NCBI GenBank assembly: GCA_963764885.1
Contig: CAVXUH010000009.1
Span: 16,540-80,539, forward strand
DNA length: 64,000 nt
From: Candidatus Aminicenantes bacterium
GTDB lineage: Bacteria > Acidobacteriota > Aminicenantia > Aminicenantales > UBA8522
Direction: 5' to 3'
The stretch's first letter is position 1. Each line of letters begins with the position of its first letter. Below the pieces are notes generated by a model that was not told the DNA's origin, made no database searches, and worked only from the letters and a program-made list of their open reading frames with translations. The position numbers and the translations under genes were made by a program. Shown here piece after piece: positions 8,978-19,173 of this stretch.

Positions 8978-11900
8978 TCAACGGGATTCTTGCGCTCGCA
9001 GCGTCACGGGACCGAGGAGGCCCGACGGAAGAAGCGGCGAGTCCTTCGTATACTGCTTCCAGGTGGAAAATGTCAGGCGGCCCGACGACGGCCGCGGCTC
9101 GCCCTTGATCAGCCAGTCGGGCCAGCGGACCAGGTTCCCGTCTTTCCCGTACTCGCAGTCGGGCGCCAGCTGTTCGTCGCCGATCAGGCGGTTGGGCCAG
9201 AGATTGACGACCGTGATTTCGAGTTGATTCCCCTTGGCCCGCACCGTCCCGGTAATGTCCACACGCCAGGGAGCGCACCAGACGATGCCCAACTCCCGGC
9301 CGTTGAGCCGTACTCGGGCCATGTTCTTGACGGTGCCCAGGTCGAGCCACCAGCGCGCCGGGTTGGGCTCCCCCGGACTTGTCGCCGGAGGGGGCCCCGG
9401 CGGAGTCTTCGTTTTCCACGGAGGAGGCATCGGACTGCCCCGGCACTTCAGGCAGGTCGAAGCTCCGGCGATAGAGGGCCATCCCGGAGTAGTATTTGAT
9501 GCCGGGCTCTGAACGATGCGTCCAGTCCTCGAGCTGCTCAAAGACGGCCTTCGCCGGCCCGCCCCGTTTCGGGTCGAAGGCGACCTCCCAGGGTCCCCCG
9601 ATCCCTCCGGCGTCGCGAAGCTCCGGAAAATTCCGGCCTGCCGGCTTCATCTCAGGAGCGGCGCTGCGGAAGATGACGAAGAACGATTGGTAAGGCTCGA
9701 AGCGCAGGGGCACTGACGTTCGGCCCAAGAGCGCCGAGAACTCGGGGAGCGTACGCCTCTCTCCTGTGACAGCGTCCCAGAGCTCGGGGCGCGTGGCCGC
9801 CACGCGGAAGATGCAGTCCGCTTCGACGGCACGGTTTTCGGGATTGGCCACGAAATAGATGTCCGCGGCGCCGTCCTTTCTGTGGATGGAGCGAAGCGCG
9901 GGCGTCGATTCGAAATCGGGCGGTATTCCCATCCGCCCCAGAACGGCCTCGGCGATGGCGAAGTCGCCGTACTGCTCGGGTTCCGAGAGAGGGGGCGCGC
10001 CGACATCGCAAATGGATTTATCGGGCGGGGCCGCGGGCGGCACGGCGGGCGTCGGCGTGGGCGTCGAGGCTGCGACCGCCTTCCCGGTGCTCGCCGGGAC
10101 CGATGTGGGCCGTTCCCAAATGACCCGTCCCCGCCCGAACGCATGTTCCGTGATGCGTTCGCCGTCGCAGTCGCCCCAGACATCGTCCGCGATCTTCCTC
10201 AGCTCGGCGTCACAGCCGGGATAGCCCGAGAGGCCGGGCGTTTGGCGCGGCCTGGGGCCGATGACGGTCGCGCCGTCTTCGACGAGCTCCCTGACCCTGA
10301 GCAGGAGGGGGAGGGTCATCGTCTCGCGTTCCGGAAGGACGAGCACTCTGTAGCTCATGCCGTCCGGGAAGACGAGACGGCCGTCTTCGACCGACACCCT
10401 GGTGAGAAAGGTTTCGGGCGCGCAACCGTCGAAACTATAGCCCCGGCGGTCCGGCGGGTCGCCGCGCGTCGCCGAGGCGGGAGCCCGGAAAACCTGGGGC
10501 GCGCCCTCGGCCGCAAGATACAGGACGTCAGCGACCGGCAGGCCGCGGCGGAGCATGAGCTGGCAGCGGGAGAGGTAGGTGTGGAAGGCGGGCGACATGT
10601 CCCACCATGTCTGCGTCCGCTCCCAGTGGACGCCGTACGGCCCCATGGTCATGCCTGGCTCGCGGTCGAGCCAGGGTTGGTGCTGGTAGCGGTGGAAGAC
10701 GATCCTGTTGATGCCCGCGGCCAGGGCCCAGTCGCCGAGCGCCTTCATCGACCCGGGATGCGCCAGCCATCTTTCCGTGTCGCCCGAGGTGAACGATTCG
10801 GCGCCCACCACCGGGCGGCCGCAGGTGTGGGCGACGCTCACGGCCTCGATCACGCTGTGGAAGGTGTTGAACCCGTAGAGCCAGAATTCTCCCATGGGGA
10901 CGTCGGCGACGGAGCCCAGGCTCAGGTCGGCGCAGGGCGTCATGTCGTAGGGCTCGATCGACAGTCCGAACCCGTGCCGGCGGCCGAGCTCCTTGAGGTA
11001 GCCGGCGTGGTTCTCGAGGACGAGCTCGTTGGCCGTCTGGCGGAGGTCCCAGAGGAAACGCTCCGAGATCTCGATGCTCCCGACGATGCGGCCCGTCACG
11101 GCCGGAAGGTAGGGAAGGAGGTCGTAGCCGCGGCGCCGCGCGAACTCGGCGCGAAAGGCCGCGGTCCAGTTCTGCGCCCCCATCTCCCAGCTGTCGATGT
11201 GGAGGTAGGTCCAGCCGGCGCCGTCGGCGGCGTGGCGCCCGCCGAGCTCCCGGAGGAGCGTCCCGATGAACGCATCGAACTGGGCGTCGAGCGCGGCTTT
11301 GTCGAGCTTGTCGGACTCGAGACCGAGCCCCGGCTCGGGAGCGGGGCGGGTGGTCGCACCGGTCGAGGCGCTACCGAAACGGAGGATGGTCCAGGCGCCA
11401 GCGGGAACGTCCCAGCTGAGGGTCCCGTCCGGCGCGAGCCGCGAGGTCAGGTCGAGAACGGCGGCCGGCTCGACCGCCGAGCCGGGCGCCGTCGCGGGAT
11501 AGTCCGCCGGCGAGGGCAGGAAGGGCCTCACGCCGGGTTGAGAGGAATACGGAGCCCTGACATAGAGCGCCTTTTCATCGATCTCGGGGATGGCGGCGCC
11601 GGCCGCCGGCGGGGTCGGGAAAGCGAGCACGACGACGTCCCGGTAGAAATTGTTCTTGATCTTTTCCAGGGCGGGAGGCAGCAGTCCGTCTCCAAAGAAT
11701 GCGGGCCAGCGAGCCGGCCGGGGAAGGACGCCGGCGAAGCGCTGCGGTCCCGTGACCTGGGTGGCGCTCGCGACGATGTGCTGCATCGATTGTTCCGGCC
11801 TGACCCACGGCCCGCCGCTCCCGGTCCAGCCCGGGCCGGCGTTGAGCGTGATCTCGAGGCCCAGCCGCTCGGCCTCGCGGACGACGTGCGCGAACAGCCG

Positions 11901-12219
11901 CCGCCACTCGGGGCTCATGAACTCGACCGGCCCGCGCGGGACGCCGACGTTCACCTCGCAGATGATGACGCCGCCCGAGCCGGGCGCGCTTCATCGCTTC
12001 GAGGTCGGCGGTGATCCCCTCGCGGGTCAGGTTGCCGTCCATCCACATCCAATAGACCCAGGGACGGACGGCGTCGGGCGGGGCGGCAAACCCCTCGGCC
12101 AGCTCGTCTCCAAGGGCAGGGGCCCCGAGGGACGGTGCCTTGGAGGGCCGGGTGCAGGCCCAGGCCGTCAGGACGATTATCAAACCCGCGGTAATACCCA
12201 GAGCGTGGGTTCTTTTCAA
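8978..12219 (-). CDS. Large secreted glycoside hydrolase, GH106 (alpha-L-rhamnosidase)-like; two frame breaks
   Basis: N-terminus in ORF 11575..12240 (MKRTHALGITAGLIIVLTAWAC lipobox-like signal from TTG 12219, then RPWVYWMWMDGNLTREGITADLEAMKRA). The core sits in ORF 8097..11954. The C-terminal jelly-roll sits in ORF 8978..9541 (RWWLDLGTVKNMARVRLNGRELGIVWCAPWRVDITG..LEITVVNLWPNRLIGD). Breaks at ~11983 (CCC run) and ~9390-9398 (G5C4 run). Family assignment is by motif memory only. Confidence 0.65.
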
Positions 12220-12380
12220 ATCGCTGTCTCCGTCCCTCAACTATATTGATTGAGCCGGTGCCTCGTCAAGGATGAGCGGCTGCCGTTGGCCGAAGCGACC
12301 ATTGAGGGTCTAGCCTTCGCGAAATACCCTTCGCGGGAACTTTGCCTTTGAAGCGGCGAGTATGGTAATGTCCTTCCTTC

Positions 12381-13790
12381 ATGGACAGCCCCCGGGATAA
12401 TCCGTCGGTCTCCTATAACCTCAAGTACGTCTGGCTTATTTCCGTCGTCGCGGCCATGGGCGGCCTGCTCTTCGGCTACGATTGGGTGGTGATCGGCGGC
12501 GCCAAGCCGTTTTTCGAGCCGTTCTTCAACCTCACCAGCGCGTCGGTCCGGGGCTGGGCCAACAGCTGCGCCCTGCTCGGCTGCCTGGCCGGGGCCGTCC
12601 TGTCGGGCGGGCTGAGCGACAAGTTCGGCCGCAAACGGCTCCTCATCGCGGCCGCCGTCGTCTTCGCCGTCTCCTCGGTCCTTACGGGCTGGGCGACGAG
12701 CTTCGTCGCTTTCGTCGCCTGGCGGATCCTCGGGGGCGTGGCCATCGGCATGGCCTCGAACCTGTCGCCGATGTACATCGCCGAGGTCGCCCCCGCGCAC
12801 CTTCGCGGCCGGCTGGTGGCTACGAACCAGCTGACGATCGTCATCGGCATCCTGTCGGCCCAGGTCGTGAACTGGCTGATCGCCCGGCCGGTGCCGGACG
12901 GCGCGACGGCGGAGTTCATCCGCCAATCCTGGAACGGGCAGGTCGGCTGGCGGTGGATGTTCACGGCCGTGGCCGTCCCCTCGCTCCTTTTCTTCGTGGG
13001 CTCCGTCCTGATCCCCGAGAGCCCGCGCTGGCTGGTGAAGAACGGGGCCCCGGAAAGGGCGCGGCGCGTCCTGGCGAAGATCGGCGGGACGGCCTTCGCC
13101 GAGGCCGAGGTGGCCGATATCCAGAGCACCCTGTCTCAGCGGGAGATCCAGAGCGTGCACTTCCGGGACCTGCTCGAGCCGAAGATGACCAAGATCCTGC
13201 TCGTCGGCGTCATGCTGGCCGTCCTTCAGCAGTGGAGCGGCATCAACGTCATCTTCAACTACGCCGAGGAGATCTTTCGCGAGGCGGGCTACGGCGTGAG
13301 CTCGACCATGTTCAATATCGTCATCACCGGCGCGGTCAACCTGGTGTTCTGCCTGATCGCCATCAGGACCGTGGACCGGTTCGGCCGGCGGGCCCTGATG
13401 CTCATCGGCTGCGCCGGCATCGCCTTCTTCCACTCGATCATCGGCCTGGCCTATCTGCTTCACCTCAAGGGCCCGGTCGTTGTCGCCCCGGTCATGGCGA
13501 CCATCGCCTGCTACGGCTTTTCGCTCGCGCCCGTCACCTGGGTGCTCATCTCCGAGATCTTTCCGAACCGGATCCGCGGGGCGGCCGTGTCGGTCGCGAC
13601 GTCCGCCCTGTGGATCGCCTGCTTCATCCTCACCTACACGTTTCCGCTCCTCAACCGCGGGCTCGGGCCGGCGAAGACGTTTTGGCTGTACGCCCTGATC
13701 TGCGCCGCCGGCTTTGTCTTCATCCTGGCGCGCGTCCCCGAAACCAAGGGCAAGACGCTCGAGCAGATCGAGCGGGAGCTGGTGGACTAG
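12381..13790 (+). CDS. MFS sugar porter (sugar:H+ symporter family)
   Basis: 469-aa intact ORF with GRKRLL, PESPRWL and PETKGKTLEQIE signature motifs and 12 TM-like segments. Confidence 0.9.
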   Translation: MDSPRDNPSVSYNLKYVWLISVVAAMGGLLFGYDWVVIGGAKPFFEPFFNLTSASVRGWANSCALLGCLAGAVLSGGLSDKFGRKRLLIAAAVVFAVSSVLTGWATSFVAFVAWRILGGVAIGMASNLSPMYIAEVAPAHLRGRLVATNQLTIVIGILSAQVVNWLIARPVPDGATAEFIRQSWNGQVGWRWMFTAVAVPSLLFFVGSVLIPESPRWLVKNGAPERARRVLAKIGGTAFAEAEVADIQSTLSQREIQSVHFRDLLEPKMTKILLVGVMLAVLQQWSGINVIFNYAEEIFREAGYGVSSTMFNIVITGAVNLVFCLIAIRTVDRFGRRALMLIGCAGIAFFHSIIGLAYLLHLKGPVVVAPVMATIACYGFSLAPVTWVLISEIFPNRIRGAAVSVATSALWIACFILTYTFPLLNRGLGPAKTFWLYALICAAGFVFILARVPETKGKTLEQIERELVD

Positions 13791-13956
13791 CAGGACGGCC
13801 GGGGCAGCGTCTCCGGCCGGGCCGGACCGCCAGCCGACATGGCCGTAACGGCGACGGTCTCAAGCCCGTCGAGAAAGCAGAGCTGCCGAAGCCTCAGACG
13901 AGCGCGGTGGTGGAGGCGAGGGCGAAATCGACACGCCAAGAAAACAGGAGGCTGAT

Positions 13957-16816
13957 ATGCTGTCACAAGTTCGGATACCCCGTGGGTTGATGATCACGAG
14001 TGCCTTCTTATGCCTGTTTTTCCGCGTCGTCTTTGCCCTCGGACAGGAGCGTCGGATCGAACTCGCCGGCGTCTGGCAGTTCGAGATGGACCGGGCCGAC
14101 GTGGGGGTCGCCGGTGAATGGTTCCGCCGGCCGCTCCCGGGTTCCATCGGTCTCCCCGGCTCGATGGCCGAGAATGGGTTGGGCGATGATGTTGGGTTAG
14201 ATACGAAATGGACCGGCGGCATCGTCGACAAATCCTGGTATACCGCCCCGGAATATGCCCGGTACCGCCGGCCGGGGAATATCAAAGTCCCGTTCTGGCT
14301 GAACCCTGTAAGAGTATACCGGGGGCCCGCCTGGTACCGGAGGGACGTGGATATTCCCGCGGACTGGGAGGGAAAACGCATCATCCTGGAGCTCGAGCGC
14401 TGCCACTGGGAGACGCGGCTCTGGGTGGACGGGAGGGAGGCCGGACTGAGAAACAGCCTGGGGACGCCGCACGTTTACGACATTTCCGGGCTACTGACCA
14501 CGGGCCGGCACAGCCTGACGCTCCGCATCGACAACAGAATCAAGGACATCGACGTCGGGGAAAACGCCCACAGCGTCTCCGACCATACGCAGACGAATTG
14601 GAACGGAGTTGTCGGGCGGATGATCCTAAAGGCAACCTCTTCCGTTTTCATCGACGATGTCCGGGTCTTCCCGGATGTGAAGACCGGGTCGGTGAGGATC
14701 CGCGCCGATGTCCGCAATCAGTCCGGCCGTCCTGTTCGAGGGCGCGGTGGTTTTTCGCGTCAGCAGTCTCACAGGCAAAGAGGCGGGGCCCTCTCCTGTC
14801 TTTGTGCCTGTAAGGGTGGGGAAGGGGACCGCGCAGGTCGAGGCGAATGTCGTGCTTGGCGAGGGGGCCCTGCTGTGGGATGAATATGCGCCCAATCTCT
14901 ACGACCTGTCCGCCGGGCTCTCGAGCGCCGGTGCCCGGCCGGCGGTCGACCAAGTGACCGTCCGGTTCGGGCTCCGGGAATTCCGGCCGCAGGGAACGCG
15001 ATTCTCCGTCAACGGCCGCCCGGTTTTCCTACGGGGCACGCTCGAATGCTGTGTTTTTCCCAAGACCGGCTACCCGGCCATGACAGAACCGGAATGGCGC
15101 CGCATCTTTGAGGTCTGCCAGTCTCACGGCCTGAACCACATGCGCTTCCATTCGTGGTGCCCGCCGGAGGCGGCCTTCGCCGCCGCCGACGAGATGGGGG
15201 TCTACCTCTATGTGGAATGCTGCGCCTGGACGACCGTCGGGGATGGCGCGCCCGTCGACAGCTGGCTGTACGAAGAGAGCGAGAGAATCGTCCGGGCCTA
15301 CGGCAATCACCCCTCGTTCTGTATGATGTCCTACGGCAATGAGCCGTCGGGGAAGAACAAGGACGGGTTTCTCGGCAAGTTCGTCGACCACTGGAAAGCG
15401 CGGGACCCGCGCCGCGTCTATACGGGGGCTTCGGGCTGGCCCGGGACCCCGGAGGATGAGTTTCACTCGACGGGTGAGCCGCGGATCCAGCGCTGGGGCG
15501 AGGGGCTCAAGAGCGTCATCAACAGCCAGCCGCCCAGGACGGACTTCGACTTCCGGGACATCGTTAAGGGGATGGACAGACCGATGGTCAGTCACGAGAT
15601 CGGCCAGTGGTGCGTCTATCCGAACCTCGAGGAGATAGCCAAGTACACGGGGGTGCTCAAAGCCAAGAATTTCGAGATCTTCCGTGACACTCTCCAGGAG
15701 TCCGGAATGGGCGCGCTGGCGCCCGATTTCCTGACGGCCTCGGGCAAGCTCCAGGCCCTCTGCTATAAGGCCGATATCGAAGCCGCCCTGCGAACGCCGG
15801 GGTTCGCCGGGTTCGAGCTCCTTGACCTCCATGATTTCCCCGGACAGGGCACGGCGCTCGTCGGCATCCTCGATCCTTTCTGGGACGAGAAAGGCTACAT
15901 CAGCCCGGCCGAATTCCGCCGGTTTTGCGGGCCGACGGTCCCACTGGCGCGGCTGGCCCGCCGTGTCTTTTCGACCGGCGAATCGCTGACCGCCGAGGTC
16001 GAGGCGGCCCACTTCGGCCCCGCACCCCTCGGCCGGGTGGCCGCGTCGTGGGCGGTCACGGACGCGGCCGGTAGAGCCGTCTGCGGGGGCAGGCTTTCGG
16101 AAGCGGACGTGGCCTGGGGCAATGGGCTGCCTCTCGGCCGGATCGTCGCGCCCCTCAAAAGCCTCGCCGCGCCCGCCCGCTACTCGCTGGAGATCGGGAT
16201 CGGCGATTTCAAGAACAGCTGGAGCTTCTGGGTTTATCCCGAATCCCTTCCCCAGATCGCCGGCGAGGAGGTCAGGGTCGTGCCCGCGCTTGACCGGGAG
16301 ACGGCGGCCTTCCTCGAAGCGGGGGGCCGCGTTATTTTGACCCTGCCCAAAGGCGCGGTCCGCCCCGAAAAGGGAGGAGATGTGGCGGTTGGGTTCTCGA
16401 GCATCTTTTGGAACACCGCCTGGACTGCGAAACAGCCGCCGCACACCCTGGGCATCCTCTGCGACCCCGGGCATCCGGCGCTGGCTGAGTTTCCGACGGA
16501 GGCCTGGAGTGATTGGCAGTGGTGGGACGCGATGAGCCACTCCCAGGCCATCCTGCTCTCGGATTTCGGGCCCCGGCTCAGGCCGATCGTCCGGATCATC
16601 GATGACTGGTTCACTAACCGGCCCCTGGGGCTTGTGTTTGAGGTCGGCGTCGGGAAGGGAAGACTTATTGTTACGGGGGTCGACCTTCTCACGGGCTCAG
16701 AGACGAGGCCCGAAGCCCGCCAGCTTCTCTATTCTCTCAAGCGCTATGCGGCGGGCGCTGCCTTCCTGCCCGAGCAAAAGGCAGACATCAGCCTGATCCT
16801 AGGCCTTCTGAAATGA
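13957..16816 (+). CDS. GH2-like glycoside hydrolase with signal peptide; one frame break
   Basis: The N-terminal sugar-binding-like part is in ORF 13957..14883. The rest is in ORF 14708..16816 (FLRGTLECCVFP..HGLNHMRFHSWCPPE..YGNEPSG, TIM-barrel-like). The break lies at ~14725-14732. AGGAGG RBS before ATG 13957. Confidence 0.7.
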
Positions 16817-16894
16817 GCGCCCGGGACATGGTCCCAGGATCCGGTTTCGGAAAATCGATGTGCTGTCGCCAAGCCGGCAGCGCCCAGTCGGCCC

Positions 16895-18327
16895 TCAGCG
16901 GTCGAGGCTGATCTTTTCGTGATAATCGAGCGAGATCTTGGCGTCGATCTTCGTCCGGAGAAGCTCGATGGCCCGGAGAAAGGTCCTGTTCCTCTTCGCC
17001 CATGTCCGATTCAGCTTGCGGGCATAGTGGGCGATGGCCAGGTCGAGCCACTTCCCCTCGAATACCTTTTTGACCGTCCGCTTCATCGAGTAGAACTTCT
17101 TGTGGCGATCATCTGGGCTTTCTGCAGGTCGAAGATCGAGAACCGGGCCGGCCGGAAGACGGCGTGATGGGCGTCGTAAAGGGACCAGTCCCCGAACTGG
17201 ATCCGGTTTTCGGCGGCCATTTTGTCGTGGAACTCCGTGCCGGGCAGGGGCGTCAGGATCAGGAACTGGGTGGACGTGAGCCGGGTCTTCTCGGCGAACC
17301 GGACGGTCTGCTCGACGGTCTTCCAGTCATCCTGGTCGAAGCCGATGACGAACATGCCGTGGATGTGGATCCGGTTCCGGTGGAGCACCTTGATGGCCTC
17401 GGTGATCTCCTGGACCGTCTGCTTCTTTTTCATCGCTTCCAGGCTGTCCGGGTTGACGGACTCGAACCCGATATAGACCGTGTGGCAGCCGGCGCGCTTC
17501 ATCAGCCCGACGAGCTCGGCGTCCTTGGCGACATCCGCCCGCACCTGGGTCGTCCAGGTGAACTTGAAGTCCTCCCGGATCATGCCTTCCAGCAGTTCCT
17601 TGGTGTGTCTCCTGTTGGCGGCGAAGTTGTCGTCATAAAAGAAAATCGAGTGCTTCCGGCTGTCGTATCTCCGGAGCTCGGCCAGGACATTCTCTGTCGA
17701 GCGGTACCGGTACTTTCTGCCAAACATCCCGGTCACGCAGCAGAACGAACAGTCGAACGGGCAGCCCCGGGAGGTCATCACCGGGATGGTGGTCCGGCGG
17801 CCGAGCGTGGGGTGGTCCCGCTTGAGCAGGGAGAAGTCCGGGAAGGGCAGGGAATCGAGGTCATCGGGGGCGGGCCGCTGGGGATTGTGGACGGCGCGGC
17901 CGTTTCTTCTGTAGGAAAGATTCTGGATCCCGGAAAAGTCGCCGCCGAGCTCGAGCGCCTCGCTGAGCTCGGCGAGCGCCCATTCCCCCTCGCCCCGGAC
18001 GACATAATCGGCATGGTCCAACGCTTCGTCGGCCAGGAAGGTGACATGGGGACCGCCCATGACCACCGGGATTCCCATATCCCGGATCCGGTCGGCGATG
18101 GCATAGGCTCGGGGCGCCGTGGGCGTGATCGTGGAGATGCCGACCAGGTCGGCGCCTCTCACCAGGTCGTAATCGACCCTGCGAATCTCCTCGACGAACA
18201 GCTCCACCTCCCAGCCGCGGCGCTTCATGAGCGTGCCCAGGATCAGCGTCCCCAGCCGGGGCAGGGCGAACTGCGAGAAGATGTGCAGGTTGGGCGCCTT
18301 GGATTCGATGAGTACGATCTTTTTCAT
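16895..18327 (-). CDS. B12-binding-domain radical SAM protein with DUF4070-like C-terminal tail; one frame break
   Basis: Cobalamin-binding-like N-terminus (DLVGISTITPTAPRAYAIADRIR..GIPVVMGGPHVT) and CxxxCxxC cluster (SRGCPFDCSFC). The tail HKKFYSMKRTVKKVF... continues in ORF 16895..17086 after an apparent 1-nt gap at ~17104. Confidence 0.8.
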
Positions 18328-18328
18328 C

Positions 18329-19042
18329 CTAGTTTCCTTCGGACATCCCCGGCCTCTTCTGGTTCTTGGCCTTTAGGTTGAGGATTTCCCTTTTTTTCTT
18401 TTTCATCAGATCTTCCCAGCGTCCCATGCCTTCCCGGAAGAGCCTCATTTTGTCGTCCAGGGCCTGGACGCCGTCGAGCATGGCCTCAATCCTGGACGCC
18501 ACGTCGTTCTGGTCAAACGCCTCCAGCCGCTCCTGGAACGCCAGGAAGTCCCGGAAATAATCCGAGATGGCCTTGATCTCTTCGAGCCTGTAGCCGAAGA
18601 GCTGCAGGTCCTGGATCAGCTTGCAGAGGTGCACGTAACCCTTCGAATACAGCCGGAACCCGCCCTCGCTTCGCATGTCGGGCTCGATGATGCCCTTGTC
18701 TTCCCAGTGTTTGATCGTCCGGGGGCTGACGCCCGCCAGCTCCGCGAGGTTGCCCACGGTCAGGTATTGATCGAGGTCGCTCTTGCCGGCCCGTTTCTGC
18801 TGGGTCCCGGGCAGTCCGATCTTCTTCAAGATCTTCTGGATTTCGTCGAGACCGTAGCCTAGCTCCTGAAGCCTGAGGATATTCTGCAGCCGAGCCACCG
18901 TCTCCTCCGAGAAGAGCGGCAGGCGGTCGTCGGTGAAGCCGGCCGGTTTAACCAGCTTGTCCTTGATCCAGCGCGCCAGGATTTCCTCGGAGATGCCGGT
19001 CCTCGAAACGAGGTCCTTCCCGGTGAAGACAATTTTATTCAT
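18329..19042 (-). CDS. MerR-family transcriptional regulator with two tandem HTH_MerR-like modules and a coiled-coil tail
   Basis: The second module is canonical (LTVGNLAELAGVSPRTIKHWEDKGIIEP..GGFRLYS..LQLFGYRLEEIK). The first is divergent (LVSRTGISEEILARWIKDKLVKP...LQELGYGLDEIQ). The stop lies 1 nt from the rSAM start. Confidence 0.8.
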   Translation of the reverse strand: MNKIVFTGKDLVSRTGISEEILARWIKDKLVKPAGFTDDRLPLFSEETVARLQNILRLQELGYGLDEIQKILKKIGLPGTQQKRAGKSDLDQYLTVGNLAELAGVSPRTIKHWEDKGIIEPDMRSEGGFRLYSKGYVHLCKLIQDLQLFGYRLEEIKAISDYFRDFLAFQERLEAFDQNDVASRIEAMLDGVQALDDKMRLFREGMGRWEDLMKKKKREILNLKAKNQKRPGMSEGN

Positions 19043-19071
19043 GTTATACCTATGCGTACATAGTTGCCGAC

Positions 19072-19112
19072 TAACCTATATGAAGTATACGTATAGAGAT
19101 AGGTTATGTCAA
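19072..19112 (-). promoter_or_regulatory. Sigma70 promoter (TTGACA-17-TATACT) of the MerR/rSAM operon, overlapped by nested palindromes (candidate operator)
   Basis: -35 at 19107..19112 and -10 at 19084..19089 (minus strand). There is a perfect 10-bp palindrome TATACGTATA at 19086..19095. A 9-bp inverted repeat with one mismatch, TAACCTATA / GATAGGTTA (19072..19080 / 19098..19106), brackets the spacer and -10. Confidence 0.5.
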
Positions 19113-19122
19113 GTCTTTTTGC

Positions 19123-19140
19123 GGGCGCCTTGAGGCGCCC
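19123..19140 (-). terminator. GC hairpin GGGCGCC-TTGA-GGCGCCC downstream of the kinase gene (no U tract on the sense strand)
   Basis: 7-bp perfect stem 34 nt past the inferred kinase stop (19174). On the minus strand it is followed by GCAAAAAGA, so it is at best a non-canonical terminator. Confidence 0.25.
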
Positions 19141-19173
19141 GGCGGCTGACGATGCGGCCGGGCCGCGCCGAGG

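Noticed and set aside
8097-11954. 1285-aa ORF that looks like one giant protein
   Set aside because: It is a composite. It contains the GH106-like core in frame, then out-of-frame read-through of its C-terminal domain (the true frame is ORF 8978..9541). It then crosses the 173-nt intergenic region into the separate DUF1080 gene, which has its own RBS, ATG (8804) and signal peptide.
9882-12014. 710-aa plus-strand ORF
   Set aside because: Antisense shadow of the GH106-like gene. Arg/Gly/Asp/Pro-rich and low-complexity, with no recognisable motif.
19123-19140. GC hairpin as a canonical Rho-independent terminator of the kinase gene
   Set aside because: On the transcribed (minus) strand an A-rich tract follows the stem, not a U-rich one. 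I kept it only as a low-confidence non-canonical terminator.
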